Shown: positions 1 to 9,493 of the stretch, in pieces
How positions within the stretch are numbered: the stretch's first letter is position 1
How the letters are laid out: every line of letters starts with the position of its first letter
NCBI GenBank assembly: GCA_044224515.1
Contig: JBGAKH010000002.1
Span: 355,817-419,816 of the forward strand
DNA: 64,000 bases
Direction of reading: 5' to 3'
Source of the DNA: Chlorobiota bacterium
Lineage (GTDB): Bacteria; Bacteroidota; Ignavibacteria; Kapaibacteriales; NICIL-2
Translations under genes and position numbers: made by a program
Notes under the pieces: generated by a model
Seen by the model: the letters and a program-made list of their open reading frames with translations, nothing else
What the model was told of the DNA's origin: nothing
Databases searched by the model: none

Positions 1-2
1 AG

Positions 3-500
3 TTGCGGGCTTTATCTGCACAACGCGTGATCGAAGTGGGTTCTCTCGCCGGCTACTCGGCTTTGAAAATGGCAGCTGCGCTGCCTGAGGGGGGTGTGAT
101 ACACTGCTTGGAACTCAATCTTGACTACTGCGACTTCATACGTCGCAAAGCTCATCAATGCGGACTGAGTCATAAAGTGCAGGTTCACCACGGTCCGGCA
201 TTGGAGAGTTTGGAAGCTCTGCAGGAATCAGCTCCATTCGATTTTGCTTTCATCGATGCCGACAAGCCAAATTATCTCAACTATTTCAATACACTTTTAC
301 CAATGATGCGAGTTGGTAGTGTTCTATGTGCAGACAACACCCTGGCCTGGGGCGAGATTGCAAATCCTGAGACGGAGTTTGAGCCGCATAATGTGCGCGC
401 GCTGCAGGAGTACAACCGTGTTGTGTCAAGCCATCCCCAAGTTCTTTCCACACTTGTTCCACTAGGGGACGGCATGACACTTTCGCTCAAACTGTCGTGA
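3..500 (+). CDS. Class I SAM-dependent O-methyltransferase (caffeoyl-CoA OMT-like family 3), 5'-truncated by the window edge
   Basis: Motifs VIEVGSLAGYSAL (SAM-binding glycine-rich loop), FDFAFIDADK and NYLNYF are typical of O-methyltransferase family 3. The ORF runs off the window start. Confidence 0.7.
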   Translation: MRALSAQRVIEVGSLAGYSALKMAAALPEGGVIHCLELNLDYCDFIRRKAHQCGLSHKVQVHHGPALESLEALQESAPFDFAFIDADKPNYLNYFNTLLPMMRVGSVLCADNTLAWGEIANPETEFEPHNVRALQEYNRVVSSHPQVLSTLVPLGDGMTLSLKLS

Positions 501-521
501 TACGAATTCTGAACGATCTTT

Positions 522-1544
522 CTAGAGGCGGATAAACTCGACTCTTCTATTCTGAGCTTTAGCCTCGACCGAGCTTTCTTTCACTAAAGCTTTGGTACTG
601 CCATATCCTTTCGAGATGAGCTGCTCGGCTGCAACTCCACGTTGAATCAAGGCGGCTTTCACAGCGTCGGCACGAGCTTGGGAGAGAATCATGTTTGCCT
701 GAGCGTTGCCGTCACTGTCTGTATGACCTTGGATTTCGTATCGAGATTCGGGCACTTCCTTGAGCTTGTCTGCGATGTCGTTCAAGAGTGTTTCAGACGA
801 CTTCAGCAGCGTTGATTGTCCCACCTCGAAATGCAAGGCATGACTAATGTAGCGTCCACCTTTCCATTGCGTTCCCAGTTCAGCCCTTCCACCTCCGTTG
901 GCAATACGGAAGTTCTTAAAGAGCATGCTCATGTTCGATGAAGCGTCGCCAACGAGCAGTAGTGAAGTGGGAGATTGATTCCATGCCGGCGAGGATAGCA
1001 CAAACTCATGGTTGCAAAACACCTTGAGAACATTGTCTTCGAACTGCAGTTCTATGTGATGCCATCGGTCATAATACAACTCGTGCACAACACTTGCTGG
1101 CGTTGGAGTACTCACACGGTTGGAGCCCAGAGTTAGACTAAACTCATCGCGGTTCGGCGTGAAATGCGCAATCTCTGCTTTACCCATGAAGATCAGCGAA
1201 ACTCCCGGATTTCCATCGTAACCGGCAGCCAACCAGGTGTCGAATTCAATGGTCCATCGCTTCCCAAGAACACTCTTTGATTTCATCTTGGGCGACATTT
1301 TCGTGTAATACTGATCGATTGACACACAACGCTCGTTGGCGTTGAGGATAACCGAAGCCTTACCTCCAAGAATCTTCCAGCCGGACGGAGCTGAGCTGAG
1401 CGCGTCCAAGGGACGATCGTCGAACAGTGTGGAGTCTCCGGGAACAAAATCATAGTGTGTCTCGCTTGATTGCGCTTGACCGATAACGCGTCCCATAAAA
1501 ATCAAGGGAAATAGAAGCATGATGGTTCGTAGTGCAATACGCAT
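522..1544 (-). CDS. OmpA-family protein: N-terminal signal peptide and a C-terminal OmpA/MotB peptidoglycan-binding domain
   Basis: Signal peptide MRIALRTIMLLFPLIFMGRVIGQAQS. The C-terminus RYEIQGHTDSDGNAQANMILSQARADAVKAALIQRGV...NRRVEFIRL is a canonical OmpA-like domain. Start set at ATG 1544; the ORF track extends it upstream to 1625. Confidence 0.7.
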   Translation of the reverse strand: MRIALRTIMLLFPLIFMGRVIGQAQSSETHYDFVPGDSTLFDDRPLDALSSAPSGWKILGGKASVILNANERCVSIDQYYTKMSPKMKSKSVLGKRWTIEFDTWLAAGYDGNPGVSLIFMGKAEIAHFTPNRDEFSLTLGSNRVSTPTPASVVHELYYDRWHHIELQFEDNVLKVFCNHEFVLSSPAWNQSPTSLLLVGDASSNMSMLFKNFRIANGGGRAELGTQWKGGRYISHALHFEVGQSTLLKSSETLLNDIADKLKEVPESRYEIQGHTDSDGNAQANMILSQARADAVKAALIQRGVAAEQLISKGYGSTKALVKESSVEAKAQNRRVEFIRL

Positions 1545-1655
1545 ACTGTATAGACTGATAATGAAAGATGCGATTCGAAATTGGTTATATTGAACGGCGA
1601 CGGAAAGGACAAAACATCCGCCCACTTTCCGTCTTCAACACTCCGAATTCACTAC

Positions 1656-3002
1656 ATGATTGCTGAGCTTATTGCCTCCCTTAGCGAAGCGGAGCGCCGC
1701 AGCCTCGAGCTAAAGATTGCTGCCAAGCCGACGCAGTTACATCTTTTTATAGGCGAGTTGCTTCGCAACCCGCAGGCCACACAGAAAGAACTTCAAGAGA
1801 AGCTCGGCTTGGCATCCAACACGGTCTTTAAAAACTTAAGTCTAGCCAAGGACGAGATCTACGAGGTCATCAAAGAACATTTGCGCAATCCTTACGATGA
1901 TCTGCTGCTGCCAAACCTCCTCTACAAACGAGGCTTGGGAACGCACGCGTCTAAACTGCGCATCAAGCTCGAGCAACAGTATGACCAACAAGGCTGGTGG
2001 AATGTCTTACAAGAATTCTACAGCATGGAGATGATTGTCGCTTATGCTGCCTGCGATATTCCGTGGCTCAGCGAGTTGCGAGACAAAGCAGCCAAAAACA
2101 TAGAGCGCATGCGTGAGTTGGTGCTCGTGGGAAATGACATCATTGTCCTCATGGCGACGGTTGAGAAAGGCCGTCTGCTGGAAAAAGAGGTACCTGCTCT
2201 CGTGAAGAAACTCCGGGCTGCTTTGAAGCGCGCACAAAGTTTGGATCACCCTGTGCCAATTTTCAACGCCCTGCATTCACTCTTTGTCATCCATACCCAA
2301 TACCTGATTGATGTCTCGAAGGCTAACGATATCATGAGCACGGTGCATGACTTAGTCAACAACTATGATGAGCGACTGATTCCCTATGCACGAAACGTTG
2401 CGTGGCTCAATACCATGGGCTTCTATGCAGAGTTTAATGTGGGCATATCTCCGGAGCAGTTTATCAAGAAAGCTGAGTCGGGAATTGCGAGCAGAAGTTT
2501 GCTCTTTGATGCTCAGGCTCTCTTGAGTATTTGCAGTTACCACTTTTTGGAGCGTGATGTAAAGCGCTTCGATGAAGCATTTAAGCGTTATACCGACCTC
2601 CCTTCTGAACAGAGCTTTGGTTACAAGAAGAACTATTTGAGCTGTCTTCATTCCTATCTTCACAATGACAGCGCTGAGTTTCAGCGACAACGCAATGAGT
2701 TCTATGCCCAAGAAGAGAATCGAGCCTACTCGGATTATGACCTTATGATCCGCTATCTGGAGATCTTGACCATCTTGAATCAGAAGCAATTTGAACTCGC
2801 AGAGGACAAACTGGAAGCAGCGAAAAAATTCGTCCGACGTCATTTCAGCGAGTCGCGCATCAAGCACGAGAAACACAATTGGGACCTGCTCACTTCGGCC
2901 ATGGGACTCAAAGCGAAGAGTTCTACCGCAGAACCGGTTTTCCGAGTGACGCGCTTTCTACAAGCCGAAATGCGCAGCAAGAAGACGGGTAAACCATCAT
3001 AG
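1656..3002 (+). CDS. Putative transcriptional regulator: N-terminal helix-turn-helix followed by a long all-helical (TPR-like) domain
   Basis: The segment ATQKELQEKLGLASNTVFKNL looks like a classic HTH. The remainder is predicted helical with no catalytic motifs. It is paralogous to the product of 32763..34181 (shared N-terminal pattern LSEAERRSLELKIAAKP versus LSPDVRRRLPESVKLSS). Start chosen at ATG 1656. Confidence 0.4.
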   Translation: MIAELIASLSEAERRSLELKIAAKPTQLHLFIGELLRNPQATQKELQEKLGLASNTVFKNLSLAKDEIYEVIKEHLRNPYDDLLLPNLLYKRGLGTHASKLRIKLEQQYDQQGWWNVLQEFYSMEMIVAYAACDIPWLSELRDKAAKNIERMRELVLVGNDIIVLMATVEKGRLLEKEVPALVKKLRAALKRAQSLDHPVPIFNALHSLFVIHTQYLIDVSKANDIMSTVHDLVNNYDERLIPYARNVAWLNTMGFYAEFNVGISPEQFIKKAESGIASRSLLFDAQALLSICSYHFLERDVKRFDEAFKRYTDLPSEQSFGYKKNYLSCLHSYLHNDSAEFQRQRNEFYAQEENRAYSDYDLMIRYLEILTILNQKQFELAEDKLEAAKKFVRRHFSESRIKHEKHNWDLLTSAMGLKAKSSTAEPVFRVTRFLQAEMRSKKTGKPS

Positions 3003-3390
3003 AAGAAGGGATGCGAGCGCCGCATGACCACCTTTGTTCCGGCCCCGTCGGCAGAGCCTTTTTGAGCATTTTGGCAGGATATCACAACGACAGCAGACAT
3101 TCTCCCGACCGGTGGTGTGGCCCGCTATGCATGGTGTACCGGAGTTTTGGACAGTGCCGGGTCTATGACGACATCGACTAGAGTCCGTATCGGTTTATAG
3201 TGTGCAACTTCAAACTCCGGTAGAGAGTCGGCCAACTTTGCAACACTAGCATTACGACAAACGACTCCTTTGCCCCACCTTGAAATAGACTCATGTCTGC
3301 ATCGCGACTGAAGACAAGGTGCTCAGACAGCGGAAAAATGTCTATTTTCGTTACGCAGCATCACTATCGCACCACGCGTATCATAGCGGC

Positions 3391-5577
3391 ATGGTTCGAC
3401 GTCTCAAACCCTTTCCTTTTATTAAACAACGTGACATGACAGAGTGTGGAACCACCTGTCTGGCCATGGTGTTTAAGTATTACGGACTTACCAATATTCA
3501 AGCGGCTCTGCGAGAGATCGCCGGTGTCAGCGCGCGCGGTTCTGATCTCTACACATTGTCACTGGTGGCCGAGCGCTTTGGCTTTCAAACGGAGGGGGCC
3601 CGGATCAAGTTTGATCATCTACAGAAGATCCCGCTGCCTTGTATCGCCCATTATGAGGGTAACCACTTTGTTGTTGTCTACAAAGCAACCGCGCACGATG
3701 TCTGGATTGCAGATCCGGCTTCAGACAAAGAACGACTGAGTAAAGAAGAGTTTCAAAGCAAGTGGAATGGAGTTGTCCTTGCATTGGATCCCGGAAAAGA
3801 AGTCTTTGCCTCGAAGGATGTTGTGGAAATCGCTGAACAGTATTCTCGGCGACAAAAGTTCGTCACTCGCGCCTTCTATTCCTCGCTGCTCTTTCCATTC
3901 CGAGCGGTTCTGCGCGACGTAGTCATCGCCTCTTTTGTCATGACCTTGTTGGCTTTGGCTCTGCCATTCTTGACACGCGTCGTTGTAGACAACGTACTGG
4001 TCTTCCAAAATCAAAACCTGCTTTACGCCATACTGCTGGCTATGCTGCTGGTTTTTGTGCTGCAGGTTGTGTTGACCTATGTGCGACATCTCCTATTCGC
4101 TCAAATGCGAATCGAGTTTGAGTTTGAGTTCTTCAGTCGCTTCTTTCGACACTTCACACAACTCACACAAGCCTACTTTGATTCTCACAAAAGGGAAGAC
4201 TTCGTTCAGCGCTTTCAAGAGAATCTCAAGATCCGCAACCTCTTCAGTGCCGGAACTCTGCAGTCTGCCCTTGATGTTGTTCTCCTTTTCATACTGATAC
4301 CGGTTCTTTTTAGCTTTCATACATCTCTAGCACTGTGTGCCACAGCTTTCCTCTTTGCGTTTATTGTGGCGACCGTGATTTTTACACCACGCATTCGTCG
4401 CCTGCAAGAAAAAGTCTTTCATGAAAACGCTAAGACAATGGGGTCGTTTCTCGACTCTTTGATTGGTATGCCGACTATTAAACTCCTCTCGGCAGAAACG
4501 CTGAAGTATTGGGAATGGCGGCACGTTTATAAACGCGCCCTCAACAAAGTCTTAAGCGCCTCTCAAAGCCAGATCATGCTCAATTCGGTTCTGCGCACGA
4601 TCATCTTTAGCGGACAAGTCAGCATGTACTGGTATGGAGCTTATCTGAGCTTTCATGGCGAGCTGAGTATCGGCCAATACATTGCGTTCATCAGCATATT
4701 CAGTATGATGATGAATGCGGCAAGCACAGTCAGCGACTTATGGTTTGTGATTACCGACCTTAGTGTGACCTTTGCCCGTTTGAACGACGTGTTTATGCAG
4801 GAGCCGGAGAACGCAGATCTGGCAACGCAGCTCACCGAACTCCATGGGTCGGATATTGAGATCTCCTCGCTCACATTCTCCTACGACGAGAGCGACCATG
4901 TGGCACTTCGTAACATTCAGCTACGTATCGCCGCAGGTGAGCATATCGGTGTGGTCGGACGCAACGGTAGCGGTAAAACGACTCTTGCGAAGTTACTGGT
5001 TCGACTCTATGATAACTATCAAGGTTCTATCAGCATTGGTGGAACAGAGTTGCATAATCTGCATCCGCAGTACCTGCGACAAAAAGTCGCAATGATTCCG
5101 CAAGACGTGCATCTCTTTAATGGAACCATTCGCGACAACATCGCAATGGCGCGTCCCGATGCTACTATGGATGAGATTATTGAGGCTGCACGAAAAGCAG
5201 AGCTGCATGATTTTGTCAGCAGCATGTACCTAGGCTATAATCAGAAGATCGGTGAAAGCGGATCGGGTCTCAGTGGTGGTCAACGTTTGCGCATCGCCTT
5301 TGCTCGATTGTTCTTGACGAATCCGGATATTATTATTCTCGACGAAGCAAGTTCGGCGCTGGATGTCATTGCCGAACAGAAGATCATGCAGCGGGTACAC
5401 GAACATTTTAAGAGCGCCACCATTATCTCAATCGCACATCGATTGAGCACCTTGCAAAAAGCTGATCGTATCGTTGTTCTCGACGCTGGTCAACTCGTTG
5501 AACTTGGTACACACGAAGAACTCGTGCAGAAACAAGGTACCTACTTCCGTTTTGTAAAAACCTATGTCGACTTCTAA
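3391..5577 (+). CDS. ABC transporter with N-terminal C39 (double-glycine) peptidase domain; bacteriocin/peptide-exporter type, ATP-binding plus permease
   Basis: C39 catalytic Cys context QRDMTECGTTCLAMVFKYYG with a downstream His (IAHYEGNHFVVV). Six-TM core. Walker A GRNGSGKTT, ABC signature LSGGQRLRIAFAR, Walker B IIILDEASSALD. Start at ATG 3391 (MVRRLKPFPF...) preferred over the GTG at 3319. Confidence 0.8.
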   Translation: MVRRLKPFPFIKQRDMTECGTTCLAMVFKYYGLTNIQAALREIAGVSARGSDLYTLSLVAERFGFQTEGARIKFDHLQKIPLPCIAHYEGNHFVVVYKATAHDVWIADPASDKERLSKEEFQSKWNGVVLALDPGKEVFASKDVVEIAEQYSRRQKFVTRAFYSSLLFPFRAVLRDVVIASFVMTLLALALPFLTRVVVDNVLVFQNQNLLYAILLAMLLVFVLQVVLTYVRHLLFAQMRIEFEFEFFSRFFRHFTQLTQAYFDSHKREDFVQRFQENLKIRNLFSAGTLQSALDVVLLFILIPVLFSFHTSLALCATAFLFAFIVATVIFTPRIRRLQEKVFHENAKTMGSFLDSLIGMPTIKLLSAETLKYWEWRHVYKRALNKVLSASQSQIMLNSVLRTIIFSGQVSMYWYGAYLSFHGELSIGQYIAFISIFSMMMNAASTVSDLWFVITDLSVTFARLNDVFMQEPENADLATQLTELHGSDIEISSLTFSYDESDHVALRNIQLRIAAGEHIGVVGRNGSGKTTLAKLLVRLYDNYQGSISIGGTELHNLHPQYLRQKVAMIPQDVHLFNGTIRDNIAMARPDATMDEIIEAARKAELHDFVSSMYLGYNQKIGESGSGLSGGQRLRIAFARLFLTNPDIIILDEASSALDVIAEQKIMQRVHEHFKSATIISIAHRLSTLQKADRIVVLDAGQLVELGTHEELVQKQGTYFRFVKTYVDF

Positions 5578-5823
5578 GCAGATACTCTGCTCAGAAGTAC
5601 AAAGTTGTCGGGCAGCGAAAAGTGCTCCGGGAGGCTCGGTTTTTTAGCTACTAAAGCTTGCTGCAAACCGTCAAGGCCTCCGCGACGTCCAAGACTTTGA
5701 TCATCATCGCATTGAACCATGAACCTCAGAACAACACAGACTTGCGAACAGAGCCCGGATGCAGGGGCTTTAGCGGGCATCGCGAATGTCCTAAAGTCTG
5801 TCTGTATATGCGACAAAGCAGCG

Positions 5824-6540
5824 ATGCGGTTATACCACTGTGTTAGAATCACGTTTCTCATGCTGATACTGCTTAGCTGCAGTATGAACGCGCAAAAAGC
5901 CGGAAAGCGTGATGCAGACCCGGATCCTGAGGATTTCTTGATGATGGATAAAGAAGCCGTTCTGGATCGTCCTTCTCTACAAAAAGCATTCGTATATCCT
6001 GATTCAGCTCGTAAAGCCGGTTTGCAAGGCAAGGTTGTCGTTAAAGTATTGATCGGCAAAAGCGGTAAAGCTGAGCGTTACCTCGTTGTTGAATCGGTAC
6101 ATCCCCTTCTCGACAGCGCCGCGGCACGCGCCGTCATGAGCGCAAACTTTAGTCCCGCCGGATATGCAGGCGAGAATATCAAGAGCTGGATGGAAGTTCC
6201 TATAACGTTTAAGATGAATGCCGGACGTTCTCAGCCCGTGAAGATTCAAGGTGATATTGAAGGTGATGGGTACCAGCGCAGCCAGTTCGACACCAAAGTC
6301 TTCTACGATGCGTTGGATAAGAATCTTCTTCAAGCACTGAAACAGCCGACAATCAATGTTTCGATTACTGTTGATGCGAAAGGACGTTGCACTGCGGTAC
6401 AGAGTCCCGGTGTGCTACCCGAAGCCGTACTGAACAATATTCGTCAAGCCTTGCAACAGCAGCAATTTGTACCGGCATTGAGAGATCGAGTAGTTGCGGA
6501 AGATCACTTGACCCTTATCATTGAGACGCAAGCACGATAG
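5824..6540 (+). CDS. TonB C-terminal domain protein (putative lipoprotein)
   Basis: Signal/lipobox-like N-terminus MRLYHCVRITFLMLILLSCSMNA. The segment AFVYPDSARKAGLQGKVVVKVLIGKSGKAERYLVVESVHPLLDSAAARAVMSANFSPAG...WMEVPITFKM matches the TonB_C fold signature. The ORF track extends the N-terminus to 5719. Confidence 0.55.
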   Translation: MRLYHCVRITFLMLILLSCSMNAQKAGKRDADPDPEDFLMMDKEAVLDRPSLQKAFVYPDSARKAGLQGKVVVKVLIGKSGKAERYLVVESVHPLLDSAAARAVMSANFSPAGYAGENIKSWMEVPITFKMNAGRSQPVKIQGDIEGDGYQRSQFDTKVFYDALDKNLLQALKQPTINVSITVDAKGRCTAVQSPGVLPEAVLNNIRQALQQQQFVPALRDRVVAEDHLTLIIETQAR

Positions 6541-6764
6541 AGTTAGAGTTAAGTATCACGTGGCCTAGTTTTAGCCTAACTCTAACACCTTGTCTGCAAT
6601 CCTGCTCAACGCCGTTTTGAGATCGCTAAAAATCACACCCCACAGTACCATACATGACATCAGATCAGCAAGCGGCTGCGCAGCAGCCGGATGAAGAACA
6701 TACATCTCGCTCACTTCAGCAATCCGGAAACATCGAGCAGAGTTCAGGGTTGCAGAAACGCAGC

Positions 6765-7772
6765 ATGCCGAGACGTCGCTTTTTGACCGGTCTTGGTTGG
6801 ACGTTGGGCGCAGGAGGCATTGGATTTCTCGGTCTCACAAGCATCGGTGGAGTGCAAGCACAAGGTCTGCTGAATATCGTGCGAAGCGCATTGACGCATA
6901 AACACAAGGTCGACAACCAGCCACCTGCACTTGCGGTACACACACGGAGTTTTGCTTCGGAGCAATGTGTAAAGTGTTTGGTTCTGGGTGATTGGGGTAC
7001 CGGTGATGCGTTTCAAAAGCGAGTGGCTCAAGCGATGGCAATAGTTGCCGAACGGGAGCATCCGCAGTTTGTCATTAGCACAGGAGACAACTTCTATCCT
7101 AGTGGAGTTGAGTCGGCCGAAGACAAACAATTTCAGACCAAATGGAAAAACGTATATAACGCCTCCTCGCTGAACATCCCATGGATTGTAAGTCTTGGAA
7201 ACCATGATTATCGCAAGAGTGCGGAAGCACAAATAGCCTATTCAAAGAAGGACTCCATGTGGCTTATGCCTGCTCGGTATTATACCATCCGGCGTCAGGA
7301 AGGAGAGATAAGCTGCGAGGTCTTTGTGTTGGATACCGAGGGATTGGTTCACGGTTCCAAAGCCGAAATCCGCACCCAACTCGAGTGGTTTGAACAGTCT
7401 TTGAAGTCTTCGAACGCGATGTGGAAAATTGCGGTAGGTCACCACATGATTCGCTCTCACGGTGCCTACGGTGACCAATCGTTTATGCTCAATTTGGTAA
7501 AACCCTTGCTTGACCGGTATGGAGTACAGGTCTACCTGAATGGTCATGACCACGATCTGCAATATTTGAAAGCGCCGGAAGACAGCTTCATATGCGTGAT
7601 ATCGGGTGCAGGAGGGGGGGCTAGAAATACTTCGTATGGAAAAAATACGCGTTTTGCTGCCACAAATGGCGGGTTTGTGTATCTGGCCGCAACCAAATCT
7701 GTGCTTCACCTCGAGTTCTACAACGCTGAGTCGGAAGCTTTGTTCGCAGAAGATGCGGTACGACGAGGCTAA
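6765..7772 (+). CDS. Tat-exported calcineurin-like metallophosphoesterase (purple acid phosphatase / ACP5-like)
   Basis: Twin-arginine motif MPRRRFLTGLGWTLGAGG. Metallophosphatase motifs GDWGTGD, GDNFY, GNHDY, GHHM, GHDHDLQY. An internal G7 run lies at 7614..7620. Confidence 0.75.
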   Translation: MPRRRFLTGLGWTLGAGGIGFLGLTSIGGVQAQGLLNIVRSALTHKHKVDNQPPALAVHTRSFASEQCVKCLVLGDWGTGDAFQKRVAQAMAIVAEREHPQFVISTGDNFYPSGVESAEDKQFQTKWKNVYNASSLNIPWIVSLGNHDYRKSAEAQIAYSKKDSMWLMPARYYTIRRQEGEISCEVFVLDTEGLVHGSKAEIRTQLEWFEQSLKSSNAMWKIAVGHHMIRSHGAYGDQSFMLNLVKPLLDRYGVQVYLNGHDHDLQYLKAPEDSFICVISGAGGGARNTSYGKNTRFAATNGGFVYLAATKSVLHLEFYNAESEALFAEDAVRRG

Positions 7773-7797
7773 AGTGCGATCAATCTATGAGGAAAGA

Positions 7798-7806
7798 GGG
7801 GGGGGG
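7798..7806. repeat. Homopolymeric G9 tract in the intergenic region upstream of the GT2 gene
   Basis: Direct read: ggaaagaggg|ggggggctat gives nine consecutive G at 7798..7806. A second G7 lies inside the phosphatase ORF at 7614..7620. Confidence 0.8.
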
Positions 7807-8073
7807 CTATATTGCTGGTGCATCGGCTGGGTCCTACTCGTACCTAGAACTCATCCTCGAGTATATGCAGAATGATTGCCCGCTTGTTCGATGAGCAGCA
7901 CAGGTGTAGCACCGTAGGGCTTATTGAATAGCTCATGAGCTCTTGGAAGCTTGCAAACTGGTCCATTTGTTGCATACTCTGCGTATGTACGCTATGTTAG
8001 TGTGCGTGCCGGCAAGTGCACTTCAACGGAATGAGCAGGCCGAACAACAAGTATCACCCAGGAAATCAGCCAC

Positions 8074-9345
8074 GTGGCACAAGAATCACACGAAGAATCA
8101 CCATCAGCGCGTCCGGACGCACAAGAGGCCGGTGCGCAGCCGAACCGAAACAAGCGAAACCGATATGGACGTCGTAACGATCGACGCCATGGCGGCTCAC
8201 GTAAGAATGAACAACGCGAAGGCTCCGAAACAGGTCGAAACGACGCTGATTTTCGCGAAAACACAGATTCCATGGTAGCCGAGTTGCGTGAAGGAGCTGA
8301 GGATACGGCGATCGAAAGCACAGAAACACCAAAGCGTCAGGACCGTTCAGAGCGACGTCCACGTCAAGACCGTGGAGAGCGATTCGATCGATCGCAGCGT
8401 GGACCTCGTTCAGCTAAGCCATCCATCAGCGTCGTCATTCCTTTGTTAAACGAAGAGGAATCGCTGAACGAACTTGCGGCCAGATTAGCTCCTGTGTTGG
8501 AAACGGAGAGCGCAGGTCGTTATGAGGTCATCTTTATCGACGACGGCTCAACGGACTCATCGTTTGAAGTATTGCGAGCATTGAATCGTCGCAACGGACG
8601 TTTTCATGCCCTTCGCTTTCGTCGCAACTACGGAAAGTCGGCAGCATTGGCAGTGGGCTTTGCAGCGGCAAAGAATGATGTCGTGATAACCATGGACGCC
8701 GATCTGCAAGATGATCCTTTGGAGATACCCAATCTTGTTGCAAAGATCAATGAAGGCTATGACTTAGTCAGTGGCTGGAAAAAACGTCGCAAAGATCCTC
8801 TTGAGAAACGTCTTCCTTCGAAGTTCTTCAACTTTGTGACCTCGACAGTCAGCGGTATCAAGCTTCACGATTTCAATTGCGGATTAAAAGCCTATCGCAA
8901 AGATGTCATCAAGACTGTGCAAGTCTATGGTGAAATGCACCGTTACATTCCTGCTCTTGCTCACTGGGAGGGCTTCCGCATTGCTGAGCTACCGGTAACG
9001 CACCACGCGCGAAAGTTTGGAAACTCTAAGTTTGGTTTTAGTCGATACTTCAAGGGCTTCTTGGACTTGTTGACCGTGGTGTTTACGACGCGCTTCATTA
9101 AGCGACCCTTACACTTGTTTGGAACACTGGGGGCACTCTTTACACTCGTTGGCTTTGGTATCGACCTGATGCTCAGTATCGAGTGGTTTTTGCATCAAAC
9201 CTCACTTACAAATCGTCCGCTGATGCTGATGGGCGTTGCCTTCATCATTGTGGGTGTGCAGTTGATTTCTATCGGTTTGATTGGGGAAATGATCGTAAAA
9301 AACAACCTCTCACATGCCGAGTACAGTATCAAAGAACGTCTATAA
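8074..9345 (+). CDS. Family 2 glycosyltransferase (polyprenyl-phosphate / DPM1-ArnC-like) with an Arg-rich low-complexity N-terminal extension and C-terminal TM helices
   Basis: GT2 core ISVVIPLLNEEESL...VIFIDDGSTDSS...NYGKSAALAVGF...TMDADLQDDP with two or more C-terminal TM segments. The N-terminal ~115 aa are rich in R/N/D/E (NRNKRNRYGRRNDRRHGGSRKNEQREG...). The start is uncertain: GTG at 8074 or ATG at 8272. Even from 8272, about 50 charged residues precede the domain. Confidence 0.7.
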   Translation: MAQESHEESPSARPDAQEAGAQPNRNKRNRYGRRNDRRHGGSRKNEQREGSETGRNDADFRENTDSMVAELREGAEDTAIESTETPKRQDRSERRPRQDRGERFDRSQRGPRSAKPSISVVIPLLNEEESLNELAARLAPVLETESAGRYEVIFIDDGSTDSSFEVLRALNRRNGRFHALRFRRNYGKSAALAVGFAAAKNDVVITMDADLQDDPLEIPNLVAKINEGYDLVSGWKKRRKDPLEKRLPSKFFNFVTSTVSGIKLHDFNCGLKAYRKDVIKTVQVYGEMHRYIPALAHWEGFRIAELPVTHHARKFGNSKFGFSRYFKGFLDLLTVVFTTRFIKRPLHLFGTLGALFTLVGFGIDLMLSIEWFLHQTSLTNRPLMLMGVAFIIVGVQLISIGLIGEMIVKNNLSHAEYSIKERL

Positions 9346-9493
9346 CGTAGTGGCAGGCACGGGCATATTTGGGAGTTCTATGCTACGGCCGACATGGTTT
9401 TTTGGCATTGCGCATCGGATTATGAATTCATGGAATCATGATATAGTATATTGCAAGCAGAGCCCATTTCCCACACTGAACGCCAACTCTTTC

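Noticed and set aside
3446-3739. Numerous 60-190-aa ORFs from the six-frame track nested in or antisense to long genes (for example 3446..3739, 2352..2876, 38769..39587, 47890..48996, 19801..20385)
   Set aside because: They overlap strongly supported genes (ABC transporter, ClpC, PepF, LspA-GrpB) in other frames and have no motifs; they are shadow ORFs.
5658-5846. 62-aa Cys-containing small ORF downstream of the C39-ABC transporter, as a candidate bacteriocin precursor
   Set aside because: There is no double-glycine leader motif (no GG/GA at positions about 15-25, no LSxxELxxIxG pattern). It overlaps the likely 5' region of the TonB-C gene, so it is probably spurious.
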